From positions 1-54,989 of IMG/VR virus record IMGVR_UViG_3300012351_000011: a stretch of 54,989 nucleotides of DNA; one strand, given 5' to 3'. Within the stretch, counting starts at the first letter, position 1; the number at the start of each line of letters is the position of its first letter. Below, one piece after another: positions 9,835-19,128 of this stretch. The notes beneath the pieces were generated by a model, which saw only the letters and a list, made by a program, of their open reading frames with translations, made no database searches and was not told the origin of the DNA. The translations under genes were made by a program, and so were the position numbers. The DNA comes from a virus (Duplodnaviria; Caudoviricetes).

Positions 9835-10476
9835 ATGAGTTGTTATATCCAAAAATTAGAGCAAGTCAAGGATGGTTGGCATATCCGCTTTGGCGGGTCC
9901 AGCGACCACTTCTGGACAATGCTCTCCAATTTCAAGGCCGAGCAAAGACGCAGTAGCCAGGTGAATTGTTCTTATAATCCCAAGTTCTGTAATGGTCGTG
10001 GTGGATGGTTTTGCACTGACCATATCCTTGTTAAATATGGATTTGACTTTGAGAATTATATTGATATGCGTCAAAAAGCCGAGACGGCCTATACAGAAAA
10101 CGGCAAAGCTGAACAAGCCAAACATGAGAAAGAGGCCGAGGAAAAGCGCAAACGAGAGTGGCAAGAAGCGGCGGATCGGATGCGTGCGTGGGAGAAGCGC
10201 ACAGGAGAATGGGAACAAAGACAGCGTGAAGACCGCTCGTATTCATATCGACAGCCAACGCGGTCACCAGGGACGGCGCTGACATTGACTGAAGCAAAGG
10301 TTGAGTTGGGTTTGTCGTCATTGGCGCAACTCACCGAGAAAGAGGTCAAGAAAGCGTTCAGGCTTAAAGCCATGACTGTCCATCCTGACCATGGCGGTAC
10401 ACACGAGGGTATGGTGAGACTGAATCAGGCATACCAATTGGTGATGTTCCATGCGGTGAAAGTTGGTGTGAGATGA
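9835..10476 (+). CDS. C-terminal J-domain (DnaJ-like) protein
   Basis: VKKAFRLKAMTVHPDHGG..MVRLNQAY, with the HPD motif. Confidence 0.85.
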   Translation: MSCYIQKLEQVKDGWHIRFGGSSDHFWTMLSNFKAEQRRSSQVNCSYNPKFCNGRGGWFCTDHILVKYGFDFENYIDMRQKAETAYTENGKAEQAKHEKEAEEKRKREWQEAADRMRAWEKRTGEWEQRQREDRSYSYRQPTRSPGTALTLTEAKVELGLSSLAQLTEKEVKKAFRLKAMTVHPDHGGTHEGMVRLNQAYQLVMFHAVKVGVR

Positions 10477-12224
10477 CCACTTTCACCGAAGAAAAGACAT
10501 CCTCCACCAAAGAACAGCAGAATGGACACAATACGGCTTTTCAGCAAGACGCCAATGCTCGTGCGTATATACTGGCGCTAAAAGCTCATGAGAAGCCTGT
10601 TAGTACGCCAGATGTTGGCAAGTGGGCGCAGTGTATCGGACATCTTGTGAACGTCTACAATGAGGCTCCTGACACCATAGAATACGTCATTGTCGCCTTT
10701 ATTGGATCGGGGAAATACCCAGGGCTCAAAGAACTGCTTGCGAATGACCCCTTGCAGGGGAATATTCCGATAGAGGATGAAGACTACAGCGTGCCTCCAC
10801 TGCCTGATGATATCAAAGCCAATGAGGCGCGCGCTTCAGAGGCGAGTCCTACGCTGGATGCCATGATAAAGCTTCTGCAGTACTGGTGTACCAGGTCCTA
10901 CGATGGCTATCATGAGGCGGTAGCTTTGTTTGTGCTGGATGTGATAGCCGCTAGACGGCCTTTTCTTCCCTGGCGTAGTGGCATATGGACAAGCTTGTAT
11001 TTGATGCTTGTTGCCGATAGCACGACGCACGCTAAGACAGAAGCCGCAAGTTATGGCCGTAGGATTATTGAGGATTGCGGTCTTGGCTATTTGCTTTCCC
11101 CGGATGAAATAACACCGCAAAAGCTCATGAATAACATGACCGGGGAGAATGTTCCCAGAAACTACAACACAAAGGACCCTGACGGCAAAGAATATATTCG
11201 TCTAAAGCTTGCTTTTGCTGGCCAACGTGGCTGGTTATACGATGAGTTTGGAAACAAATTGCAGGAGATCATCACGGCCAAAGGCCATAATGCATACTTC
11301 TATGCGCTCTTGAAACAGTTGTATGACAACAAACAGACTTATGAATATGACACACTCACCAGGGACAATGAGCATATCAACATGCCGTATCTGTCCATTA
11401 TCGGAACGGCTACACCGGCCTGTCTGAAACCAATAGCATCCAAACAAAGCGCCGTGTGGACTGATGGTATGTTTGCCAGGATTGCGTTTATTGTGCCTCC
11501 CAAAGATGAATTAAAGCTCCAGTCAGCACCGCAAGAGCAATTCTTTGTGCCAAATGAGATACGAGACAAATTGGTCAAATGGCATCAAGAACTTGGCTTC
11601 CCCGATTGCGAGATTGTTGATACAGCAGAGCAAGAAGAGTTGATGGCAGAGGCGCATGGTGAAGATAAGAAAAAGAAAAAAGCGAACAGACAACCCTACG
11701 AGGTCAACCGTGGGGACTTGCCACAGCAGATCGTGACATGGACGCAGGATGTCTATAAGGCGCATGAAAGCTACTACGAGGCTCTTGCTACCCTGGCAAG
11801 GGATAGCGGGCTAGACGAACGCTTTAGAGCCACCTATGGCCGTTTACCAGATATGGCACTCAAGATAGCTATGTTGCTCTCCAGCCTGGAAAATAATGGA
11901 GACATTGACATGCGCCACTGGGCTAGAGGTCAGCAAATTACCGAGCACTGGCGCGCGAACTTTCATGAGTTGATTGCGCAGCTCTCGAATGATGAAGCGC
12001 GCGGCTTTGGTGAGATCCAGGACAAAATTCTTGAGGTCATCACCCAGAAACTGAAGGGCAAGAAAGCCAACTCATACACCATATCCCAACACGGTAGCAC
12101 GCTTCTCCGCAAGATCGGCTCTATCAAAGTGCGTGAAGTTCTGGATGAACTGGTCGCAGCGGGGAAACTGGAAATGGCTGGAAAAGGTAAAAGCGCACTC
12201 TATGGAATTCCTGGCAAGGGGTAA
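10473..12224 (+). CDS. DUF3987/YfjI-like replication helicase-related protein with C-terminal winged helix
   Basis: Degenerate Walker A ADSTTHAKT, Walker B LYDEF, LSIIGTATP, DGMFARIAF. Confidence 0.75.
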   Translation: MTTFTEEKTSSTKEQQNGHNTAFQQDANARAYILALKAHEKPVSTPDVGKWAQCIGHLVNVYNEAPDTIEYVIVAFIGSGKYPGLKELLANDPLQGNIPIEDEDYSVPPLPDDIKANEARASEASPTLDAMIKLLQYWCTRSYDGYHEAVALFVLDVIAARRPFLPWRSGIWTSLYLMLVADSTTHAKTEAASYGRRIIEDCGLGYLLSPDEITPQKLMNNMTGENVPRNYNTKDPDGKEYIRLKLAFAGQRGWLYDEFGNKLQEIITAKGHNAYFYALLKQLYDNKQTYEYDTLTRDNEHINMPYLSIIGTATPACLKPIASKQSAVWTDGMFARIAFIVPPKDELKLQSAPQEQFFVPNEIRDKLVKWHQELGFPDCEIVDTAEQEELMAEAHGEDKKKKKANRQPYEVNRGDLPQQIVTWTQDVYKAHESYYEALATLARDSGLDERFRATYGRLPDMALKIAMLLSSLENNGDIDMRHWARGQQITEHWRANFHELIAQLSNDEARGFGEIQDKILEVITQKLKGKKANSYTISQHGSTLLRKIGSIKVREVLDELVAAGKLEMAGKGKSALYGIPGKG

Positions 12225-12256
12225 CACTGACTATGAGCTATAAGGAGTTTTAAATT

Positions 12257-13024
12257 ATGATTGTTTGGAGTTACGGCGGTGGAACACAAAGTATCGCTAT
12301 TGCTCTGCTTGTTGCTCAAGGCAAACTACCAAGGCCTGATCTCATTGTGTTTGCCGACACAGGCAGAGAAGCCACCGAAACTTTTGAGTGCACAGATCGA
12401 TATGTGGCTCCGCTCTTGGCCTCGGTAGATTTAACGATAGAGACGGCTGGCCATGAGTTGGCAAAGGTCGATATGTACGGCGGAAAAGACAAGGATACCT
12501 TACTTATCCCTGCATTCCATGAAACAGGAAAGCTATCTACCTTTTGCTCTAGTGAATGGAAAATGTACGTCATACGTCGGTTTATCCGCGCCAAAGGCAT
12601 CAAGCAGTGTATCAATTGGCTAGGTATCAGTACCGACGAGGTTGAGCGGTTGAAACCGTCAAATAAGCAGTGGATAGAAACACACTGGCCTCTATGCGGT
12701 ATGCCTGTCAGCGCAAATTATGGCATCCAAATGAACCGCGCTGATTGCCGCCAACTCATTCTCAATCAAGGATGGACTGAGCCACCTAAGTCTTCGTGTT
12801 GGATGTGTCCAAACAGGCGCAATCCACAATGGCAGCATCTCAAGATGCACTATCCCCAAGACTTTGCAAAAGCCGTCGCTCTCGACAAAGGCATCCGGGC
12901 AAGAGACACGCAAGGCGGCGTGTGGTTACATGAGTCGGGAAAACCGCTAGATGAAATTGATTTCTCAAAAGATGACAGCCAACCTGAATTGTTTGGTTGT
13001 GATAGCGGTCACTGCTTTGTGTGA
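12257..13024 (+). CDS. PAPS-reductase/PP-loop family protein (possible DNA modification)
   Basis: SYGGGTQS PP-loop, FADTGRE, CSSEWK, GISTDE..R, PPKSSCWMCP, C-terminal CDSGHCF. Confidence 0.8.
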   Translation: MIVWSYGGGTQSIAIALLVAQGKLPRPDLIVFADTGREATETFECTDRYVAPLLASVDLTIETAGHELAKVDMYGGKDKDTLLIPAFHETGKLSTFCSSEWKMYVIRRFIRAKGIKQCINWLGISTDEVERLKPSNKQWIETHWPLCGMPVSANYGIQMNRADCRQLILNQGWTEPPKSSCWMCPNRRNPQWQHLKMHYPQDFAKAVALDKGIRARDTQGGVWLHESGKPLDEIDFSKDDSQPELFGCDSGHCFV

Positions 13025-13029
13025 CATTT

Positions 13030-13241
13030 ACCATGCAAGGGTTTTGCATAGTAAGCAAAACAGAACCAGTAAAACACATAGAATTATGTCAACAATGCAA
13101 AATAAGCAACTATGCAATTATGCAAACATATAAAAGTATTAGGTATCTATTTGCATAGATATTACAGAAGAGAAAAACAGGAAAGTACCTTTTGCATAGT
13201 TGCATATTTGCAGAGAAACACAGTACCCCTTGCAAGGGGTA
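13030..13241. other. Putative replication origin with TTGCATA iterons
   Basis: AT-rich non-coding gap with six TTGCATA/TATGCAA copies, ending in an 18-bp perfect palindrome. Confidence 0.5.
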
Positions 13242-13260
13242 GAGAGAGGGAGATTGAACC

Positions 13261-13539
13261 ATGAATGAACTAGATGAGCATGGTCTTCATTTTGTGATGA
13301 GGCAGATTGACTACCATCATCAGGAAGCGAATCCATCTATGCCATCCGAGGAATATCTTGCGAAACATCGGACGGCACGCGATAGGCTGATCGAACAACT
13401 CAAAGCCCAGGGGAAGCGGGTTATCCTCGTCAAAGCCGATCATTTTGAAGAGTGCGGGCGGTACGTCTGCGAAGGTGACGATGGTGTCAACGGCTATGAC
13501 CCCTTGCCAGGAACAGTAACACTCGAAGAGGAAGCATAG
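13261..13539 (+). CDS. Hypothetical protein
   Basis: GGGAG RBS. Confidence 0.65.
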   Translation: MNELDEHGLHFVMRQIDYHHQEANPSMPSEEYLAKHRTARDRLIEQLKAQGKRVILVKADHFEECGRYVCEGDDGVNGYDPLPGTVTLEEEA

Positions 13540-13555
13540 ATAGGAGAAATAAACC

Positions 13556-13777
13556 ATGCAACAATCCATTGGAAAGTTATCACCTAGCGCGGCGCGGCTC
13601 TTACTGGCTTTCTTAACTCGAAAACCTGAAGACACATTTGATGAGATCATGTTGGTTTCAGGTATTGAGAGATATCAGGTTTTTATGAAAGCCAAACAAG
13701 AACTGGTAACGCTAGGCATCCTGACAGTGCAGGGTGATCAGCTTTTTCTAGCGCAAAATGAGCTTTGCAAGGGGTAG
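13556..13777 (+). CDS. Small winged-helix-like protein
   Basis: AGGAG RBS; LSPSAARLL...AKQELVTLGIL wHTH-like pattern. Confidence 0.55.
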   Translation: MQQSIGKLSPSAARLLLAFLTRKPEDTFDEIMLVSGIERYQVFMKAKQELVTLGILTVQGDQLFLAQNELCKG

Positions 13778-13900
13778 AATAATCTTTGAAGAGTTGTGCA
13801 AAGTATTGAAAAGTGGTATAATTGAGGCACTAAAAATGTTGAGCTAGAGCGGTGTTGGTCGCACCCTCTAGCGTGATGACAAGAAGGATTGGTTCTTATC

Positions 13901-14578
13901 ATGGATGATACTATACTCTCAAGTACCTCAAATAACAACCCCTTGAAACGTTGCTCGGCATGTGAAAAAGAGCTTCCAGCCACAACAGAGTTTTTTGGCA
14001 GTTCAAAAAAAGGCAAATATGGTTTACGCAGTTGGTGTAAAGCCTGTTGCCGCAAGAAAAGAAAAGCTTACCTCAGTTGCCCAGAAGTTCAAAAGCATAA
14101 CCATGATGTAAGGAAAACTTATCTTCAAAGACCTGATGCAAAAGAACGCGCTCGACTTGCAGAGCAAAAACGTCGTCAACGTCCAGAGGTAAGAGCCTAC
14201 CAGCAAAGTTATGAAAAAACAAAACGAACGCATTCTGGATACAGAGAAAAAGAACGAATACGATCCCGAACACGCTACTATCAACCCAATGGTAAAGAAA
14301 AAGCACTTGCGAAAAACCATACTCGCCGCGCTCGTAAGCTGAATAATGGAGGAACGCACACAGCACAAGATGTTCAGACTCAATATGAGCGGCAACGTGG
14401 TAAATGCTACTATTGCAAAACAAAGGTTGGTAAGAAATACCATGTCGATCACATCATACCCCTTGCAAGGGGAGGTTCTAACGGACCTGAGAATATTGTG
14501 ATAGCCTGCTCTACATGCAATCTTTCTAAGTGCGATAGACTTCCTCGCGAATGGCCTCAATGTGGGAGATTATTATGA
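13901..14578 (+). CDS. HNH endonuclease
   Basis: CYYC..HVDHIIPLARGGSN..ENIVIACSTCNLSK; N-terminal KRCSAC/CKAC zinc finger; TATAAT box upstream. Confidence 0.92.
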   Translation: MDDTILSSTSNNNPLKRCSACEKELPATTEFFGSSKKGKYGLRSWCKACCRKKRKAYLSCPEVQKHNHDVRKTYLQRPDAKERARLAEQKRRQRPEVRAYQQSYEKTKRTHSGYREKERIRSRTRYYQPNGKEKALAKNHTRRARKLNNGGTHTAQDVQTQYERQRGKCYYCKTKVGKKYHVDHIIPLARGGSNGPENIVIACSTCNLSKCDRLPREWPQCGRLL

Positions 14579-15942
14579 TAGATTTACACGACCTTATTGA
14601 ACAAAAGTCACCTGTTCGTCTTACTAAGGTTGCCAGTTCTCATAATGGAGAATGGGCCGGGAATTGCCCCTGGTGTTCAGGTACAGATCGCTTTAGGGTG
14701 TGGCCGTTCTCAACACGCAGTCATTATTGGTGCAGGGGCTGTAATAAAACTGGGGATGCAATTCAGTTCCTACGTGATTATTGTGATATGTCTTTTATCT
14801 CGGCTTGTCAGGAGCTGGGGATAGAACCAGGGGATACAATTTCCCACGAGGCACCGATGTTCTTTGACGAGGATGCTCCATGCGCCAAATGGCAAGAGAT
14901 GGCTAACCTGGTTGTCAAGTCAGCAGAGAATTACTTGTGGAGCAACAAGGCTCCGCACGCGCTAGAATACCTCATGAAGCGAGGCCTGAATGAAGAGACG
15001 ATACGCCGCGCTAGACTGGGTTATGTGCCACTGATGCCTGATGGCACGTGGTATCAACGCTCATTTGCTGACTGGGGACTGACTGATGAGATGCTATCCG
15101 AAAAGCAAAAAACCAAGGGAGGTGTGAAGATACCTCCAGGTATCCTCATTCCTTGGTACGCAGATCAACAAATATGGAAACTAGCTATCAAACGCTTTGA
15201 GGCTAAAGACGGTGAAATGTCGTACGGTCAAATCGTGGGGTCTAAGGACGCATTGTACAACGCAGACTCCCTTGCAAGGGGTAAACCATCGTTGTTAGTC
15301 GAGGGAGAGTTTGACGTGCTCTCAGCGGAGCAGGAGGCGCGCGACCTGGTTGCAACCATCGGCACCGGATCAACCGCCAAGGCGCGCATACCGCTGTGGA
15401 TCGCGCGCATGGCTAGCACTGCAAGTTTTGTATTGGTGAGTTTTGATAATGATGAGAATAGCGCAGGGGATAATGCAGCGGCTTTCTGGCTAGAAACACT
15501 CCCCAAATCTATGAGGTGGCTGCCATATGCTCATGATATTAACGACATGCTCAAAGAGGGCAAGTCTATCCGGCAATGGGTACAACTGGGATTGAGCCTG
15601 GCAATGGAAGAAAAGCCAACAGAGCAACCCTTGCAAGGGATACAGCAGGAAGAGCCGTTTATATGCTCTAAATGTGGCCTGGATCTCAATAACCCTGACA
15701 TTGATGCTCATATCGACCCACAAGGCGTATCTTATTGTGAAGCGTGCTGGAAGAAACAACAAACACCTGTTGCAGAACCACCTGCTGAACCAGCTACACC
15801 ATTCTATCCATGCTCTAAATGTGGCAAAGATACTATGAGGCATGAACCAGATGGGCTATGTTCTCAGTGCCACTGGGAAACGCTCACACAGTATTATCCA
15901 CCACAAACGCTACAAAATACATGGACTTCTTCCAGAAAATAA
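14575..15942 (+). CDS. DNA primase (CHC2-type Zn finger plus TOPRIM)
   Basis: CPWC..DRF..YWCRGC..GDAI; LVEGEFD; FDND; DIND. Confidence 0.9.
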   Translation: MIDLHDLIEQKSPVRLTKVASSHNGEWAGNCPWCSGTDRFRVWPFSTRSHYWCRGCNKTGDAIQFLRDYCDMSFISACQELGIEPGDTISHEAPMFFDEDAPCAKWQEMANLVVKSAENYLWSNKAPHALEYLMKRGLNEETIRRARLGYVPLMPDGTWYQRSFADWGLTDEMLSEKQKTKGGVKIPPGILIPWYADQQIWKLAIKRFEAKDGEMSYGQIVGSKDALYNADSLARGKPSLLVEGEFDVLSAEQEARDLVATIGTGSTAKARIPLWIARMASTASFVLVSFDNDENSAGDNAAAFWLETLPKSMRWLPYAHDINDMLKEGKSIRQWVQLGLSLAMEEKPTEQPLQGIQQEEPFICSKCGLDLNNPDIDAHIDPQGVSYCEACWKKQQTPVAEPPAEPATPFYPCSKCGKDTMRHEPDGLCSQCHWETLTQYYPPQTLQNTWTSSRK

Positions 15943-15984
15943 GAGAAATAGGGGATATATTCCTACGGTATGAGTTCCCCTTGT

Positions 15985-16020
15985 TTGCTTTTGTACTACA
16001 TTTCTGTATAATGTAGTACA
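15985..16020 (+). promoter_or_regulatory. Promoter with 11-bp inverted-repeat operator
   Basis: TGTACTACATT-N7-AATGTAGTACA overlaps TATAAT (16007-16012). Confidence 0.6.
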
Positions 16021-16089
16021 GGAGATGGTAACATTGCAAGACATTTGTAAGCTTTTGCAAACATCATTTCAGCAAGGAAGGAGATATCT

Positions 16090-16383
16090 ATGCCAGTTAT
16101 TATTGAAGAAAATGGTCAGAAGGAGGAATTTTTAACCATCGGAGAAGCCTGCGAGTACTTGAAGATCACTAGTCAGACGCTGAGAGTACGCGCCAAAGCG
16201 CTTGGTATTAAGCAATATCGCCAGGACATTGCGCCAAATTTGCGCTACTACAAGAAAAAGGACCTGGATGAGATGAAACGGATGCGCCAGGTGGAAGATG
16301 ATGACGATGTAGAAGAGAACGACAATAACGACGGCCACAAACCACCGTCAAAGACAAAAGCCAAAGCAAAGAAAACACAATAA
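16090..16383 (+). CDS. MerR/Xis-type HTH DNA-binding protein
   Basis: FLTIGEACEYLKITSQTLR...RYYKKKDLD; AAGGAG RBS. Confidence 0.8.
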   Translation: MPVIIEENGQKEEFLTIGEACEYLKITSQTLRVRAKALGIKQYRQDIAPNLRYYKKKDLDEMKRMRQVEDDDDVEENDNNDGHKPPSKTKAKAKKTQ

Positions 16384-16444
16384 AAAATGGCTCCTGGTTG
16401 TCTCTCTGACCAGGAGCCCGGCTCGGGGCTCTCTCATTGTGCTA

Positions 16445-16645
16445 TTAGCTTGATTTTTCTTCTTGCTGATCTTCCTGCCGATCTTCTCGTACCGGGGACA
16501 GTCCCCATTTCCAAATCGATAAAACAGTTTTCCATTTTTCCAGTATATCCGGGGGACATGTCCCTCCAATAATTTCAATTCCCTCGCTACCTTCACAAAT
16601 GCCAATTTCCCCCATAGATACTGAACGAGCTATACACCGTTTCAT
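16445..16645 (-). CDS. Hypothetical protein
   Basis: AGGA upstream of ATG; weak support. Confidence 0.35.
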   Translation of the reverse strand: MKRCIARSVSMGEIGICEGSEGIEIIGGTCPPDILEKWKTVLSIWKWGLSPVREDRQEDQQEEKSS

Positions 16646-16902
16646 GATCCTATCAGTTCCTTCCCTAAAAATAGGACTTCCCCCCTTTTGGAAATGTCCG
16701 TTTGGTTATTATACTGAATTCTTCAATACATTGCAAGACTTCTCTATGCAAAGTTACACTTACAATTGGTTAGTTGCCGAAAGCACAGAAGTATACAGAT
16801 AATAAGTCCATATAAATAAAACAGGTTGAAAAATAATAAAACGCTGACTACTCGGTTCATAGCCAGCATTTTTACTGATGAGATTAAGATCGTATTAAGG
16901 TT

Positions 16903-17295
16903 TTACTTGTCGCGGATAAGCGCTAGCACATCATCCCTGCGTAAGAGCTTTGCCAACGCACGTACTTTTTGTGGACTCAGGTAGATGAATTTTTGCTGCT
17001 CGGGAGGAAGATCAACATTATCCACTATAGTCAGGCCACCCTGCACATCCAAGTCAGCATAGGTTGTGTTGTACAAACATTTTGAGAAGACAATTTCAAT
17101 CATATTTGACACCTCTTCTACTTTTCGATAGCGTTCGATGTACGAGGGGACTGACTGGAGCTCTTGCCAGGCAAAGTAGGATGGCAAACAAGAATTGCCA
17201 ACATAGACCGGACCTCCCTCGAAACTGACATCAGTGGCTTTGTCGAGCTCGACAGGATGTCCACAGACCAGACACGTAACAATGGTTCCTTCCAT
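16903..17295 (-). CDS. Hypothetical protein with CxxC
   Basis: AAAGGA RBS before MEGTIVTCLVCG. Confidence 0.65.
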   Translation of the reverse strand: MEGTIVTCLVCGHPVELDKATDVSFEGGPVYVGNSCLPSYFAWQELQSVPSYIERYRKVEEVSNMIEIVFSKCLYNTTYADLDVQGGLTIVDNVDLPPEQQKFIYLSPQKVRALAKLLRRDDVLALIRDK

Positions 17296-17386
17296 TGTGA
17301 TATCCTTTCTTTGTGCTAACTTATTTGGTTGCACACGTATCGGGAAGCAAGAGCAATTGGACGGCGCATGCTTCCCGATGGTTTAT

Positions 17387-18061
17387 TTATCGCGCCAAAC
17401 AGAACGCGCCACGCTCAACTTTGACTGTTTGACCGTTCATAATGGCGTCAATTTGAGACTGCCAACCCTTGCCACGAACGCGCTCTTCATATGTCACGTC
17501 CCACTCAGCTTGCATTTTGTTGTACGCCTCGGTCATCTTATTGAGAGAATTGAGGCAAGGATCGTCAATTTGCGAAGCTAAGCGCTTTGTGCCATTCGGC
17601 ATCACTACCCAAACGGGCTCCTGCTGGCGATAATCGTATTTGGCGAACATCATTTCAAACATTGTCACTTTGTTGATGAGCTTTACGGCTTTGCTCTCGT
17701 AAGAAGGCTCATCAGCACCCTTGCAAGGGGTAGAAGCGGATTGGCTGTTGCCGCTGACCTCTTTGTACAGAGGACCATCAGGAGTGCTCCAATCCTCTTG
17801 TTGGCGATGAGGGGTAACTTTCGCACTGCAAGGGGTAGAAGCGGCTTTGCGGGCCGCCTCCACTTTTTCGCATCCAGTGCGATGATAGCAGTTGCCATGG
17901 GAAGGGCATCCATTGCAGCTAACTGCTTTGCCATTGAAGAGGCAGGTTGTGTACTGGTCGACACCATTGGAACTGCGAACGAGGTAACAAACTTTGCGAG
18001 GATCATTTTTGAATTGGATGCGAGCGATGATTGTAACGGTTTTGGTGGCTACTGTTGTCAT
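17387..18061 (-). CDS. SWIM-like zinc-finger protein
   Basis: RSSNG..Y..SCNGCPSHGNCYH; AAGGAG RBS; first gene after the leftward immunity promoter. Confidence 0.7.
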   Translation of the reverse strand: MTTVATKTVTIIARIQFKNDPRKVCYLVRSSNGVDQYTTCLFNGKAVSCNGCPSHGNCYHRTGCEKVEAARKAASTPCSAKVTPHRQQEDWSTPDGPLYKEVSGNSQSASTPCKGADEPSYESKAVKLINKVTMFEMMFAKYDYRQQEPVWVVMPNGTKRLASQIDDPCLNSLNKMTEAYNKMQAEWDVTYEERVRGKGWQSQIDAIMNGQTVKVERGAFCLAR

Positions 18062-18105
18062 GGTATTTATCTCCTTTGAAATAACTTGTTTTTGTTTACA
18101 CATAT

Positions 18106-18221
18106 ATATTAACACGAATGTGTTAATATGTCAATAGGTTTACACACGAGTTTTAACATCAACGTAAAAACTCATATATGTTGACGTTTTCATTGACATG
18201 CTAGCATTAAAATGCTATTAT
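18106..18221. promoter_or_regulatory. Divergent immunity promoters and operators
   Basis: Leftward TTGACA-N17-TAATAT overlapped by IR ATATTAACAC-N4-GTGTTAATAT (18106-18129); rightward TTGACA-N17-TATTAT with IR TAGCATT-AA-AATGCTA in the spacer. Confidence 0.75.
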
Positions 18222-18255
18222 GTTAGTGTAGAAATTATTTTTGAGAGGAGCGCAA

Positions 18256-18492
18256 ATGGCAAAATTAAAAATTAAGGAAATTGCAGAGGCCAAGGGTATC
18301 AAGCAATCTCACTTACAAATAACAGCGGCGGTAACTCCCCCATTGCTCAATCGCTATTGGAACAACAAGACAGGCACTGTTGACCTGTCCGAATTAGAAA
18401 AGATAGCAACGGCATTAGGGGTAAAGCCTGGAGAGTTAATTATTCCTGATGCTGAATACACAGAAGCAGGAGATCTAGAAAACGCGGCGTAG
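18256..18492 (+). CDS. Cro/CI-type (HTH_26) repressor
   Basis: LKIKEIAEAKGI...LEKIATALGVKPGELI; divergent from the early gene. Confidence 0.85.
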   Translation: MAKLKIKEIAEAKGIKQSHLQITAAVTPPLLNRYWNNKTGTVDLSELEKIATALGVKPGELIIPDAEYTEAGDLENAA

Positions 18493-18565
18493 CCTGGGCT
18501 AGCGGCGTGAATTGGAACCTCTCACCGCTAGCCGCAGACCCATTGTAATTATAGCATAGGAGAAT

Positions 18566-19054
18566 ATGGAAACCATGACTGATATTATTGATTTTTTTGC
18601 TAGCGCTCAGGCTGTTGATGCAAATACAGGCGAAATAAACCAAGAACTTACCAGTAGCTTCAATCGCATGTTTCAACGCGTTAAAGATTTTAATGAACAG
18701 CATCCAGCATCACCTGCCAAGAACTGTAGACCTCCCAAAAATGAAAAATCGCTAGAAGCTACTTTTGGAGAATATCTCAAAAAACAAGGTATTTCCGTTT
18801 CTCATCAAGTGATTTGTGATGCTGGTATTGCGGATATTGTAACGCCAGACGCAATTTATGAAATCAAGGATACGCTTGATCGAGAAGCCATTTTCAGCGC
18901 CATAGGCCAAGTTAGTATCTATCGCCAACAAATTAACCCTACGGCAAAAGCATTTGTTGTTGGTCGACCCTTTCCGATGGCAGAAAAAGCAAAAGACGCT
19001 ATCACAACTGCTGCTGCTGCATTAGGCGTAGAAATCATATTCTGGGAACAATAA
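18566..19054 (+). CDS. PD-(D/E)XK restriction-endonuclease-fold protein
   Basis: GIADIVT..IYEIK...AIGQVSIY motif. Confidence 0.7.
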   Translation: METMTDIIDFFASAQAVDANTGEINQELTSSFNRMFQRVKDFNEQHPASPAKNCRPPKNEKSLEATFGEYLKKQGISVSHQVICDAGIADIVTPDAIYEIKDTLDREAIFSAIGQVSIYRQQINPTAKAFVVGRPFPMAEKAKDAITTAAAALGVEIIFWEQ

Positions 19055-19128
19055 AATAAAATACACAACAAACCGTCCCCCTGCTCGGCAACAACTCATT
19101 GAGTGAGCCTTGCAAGGGGCTTTTGTCT

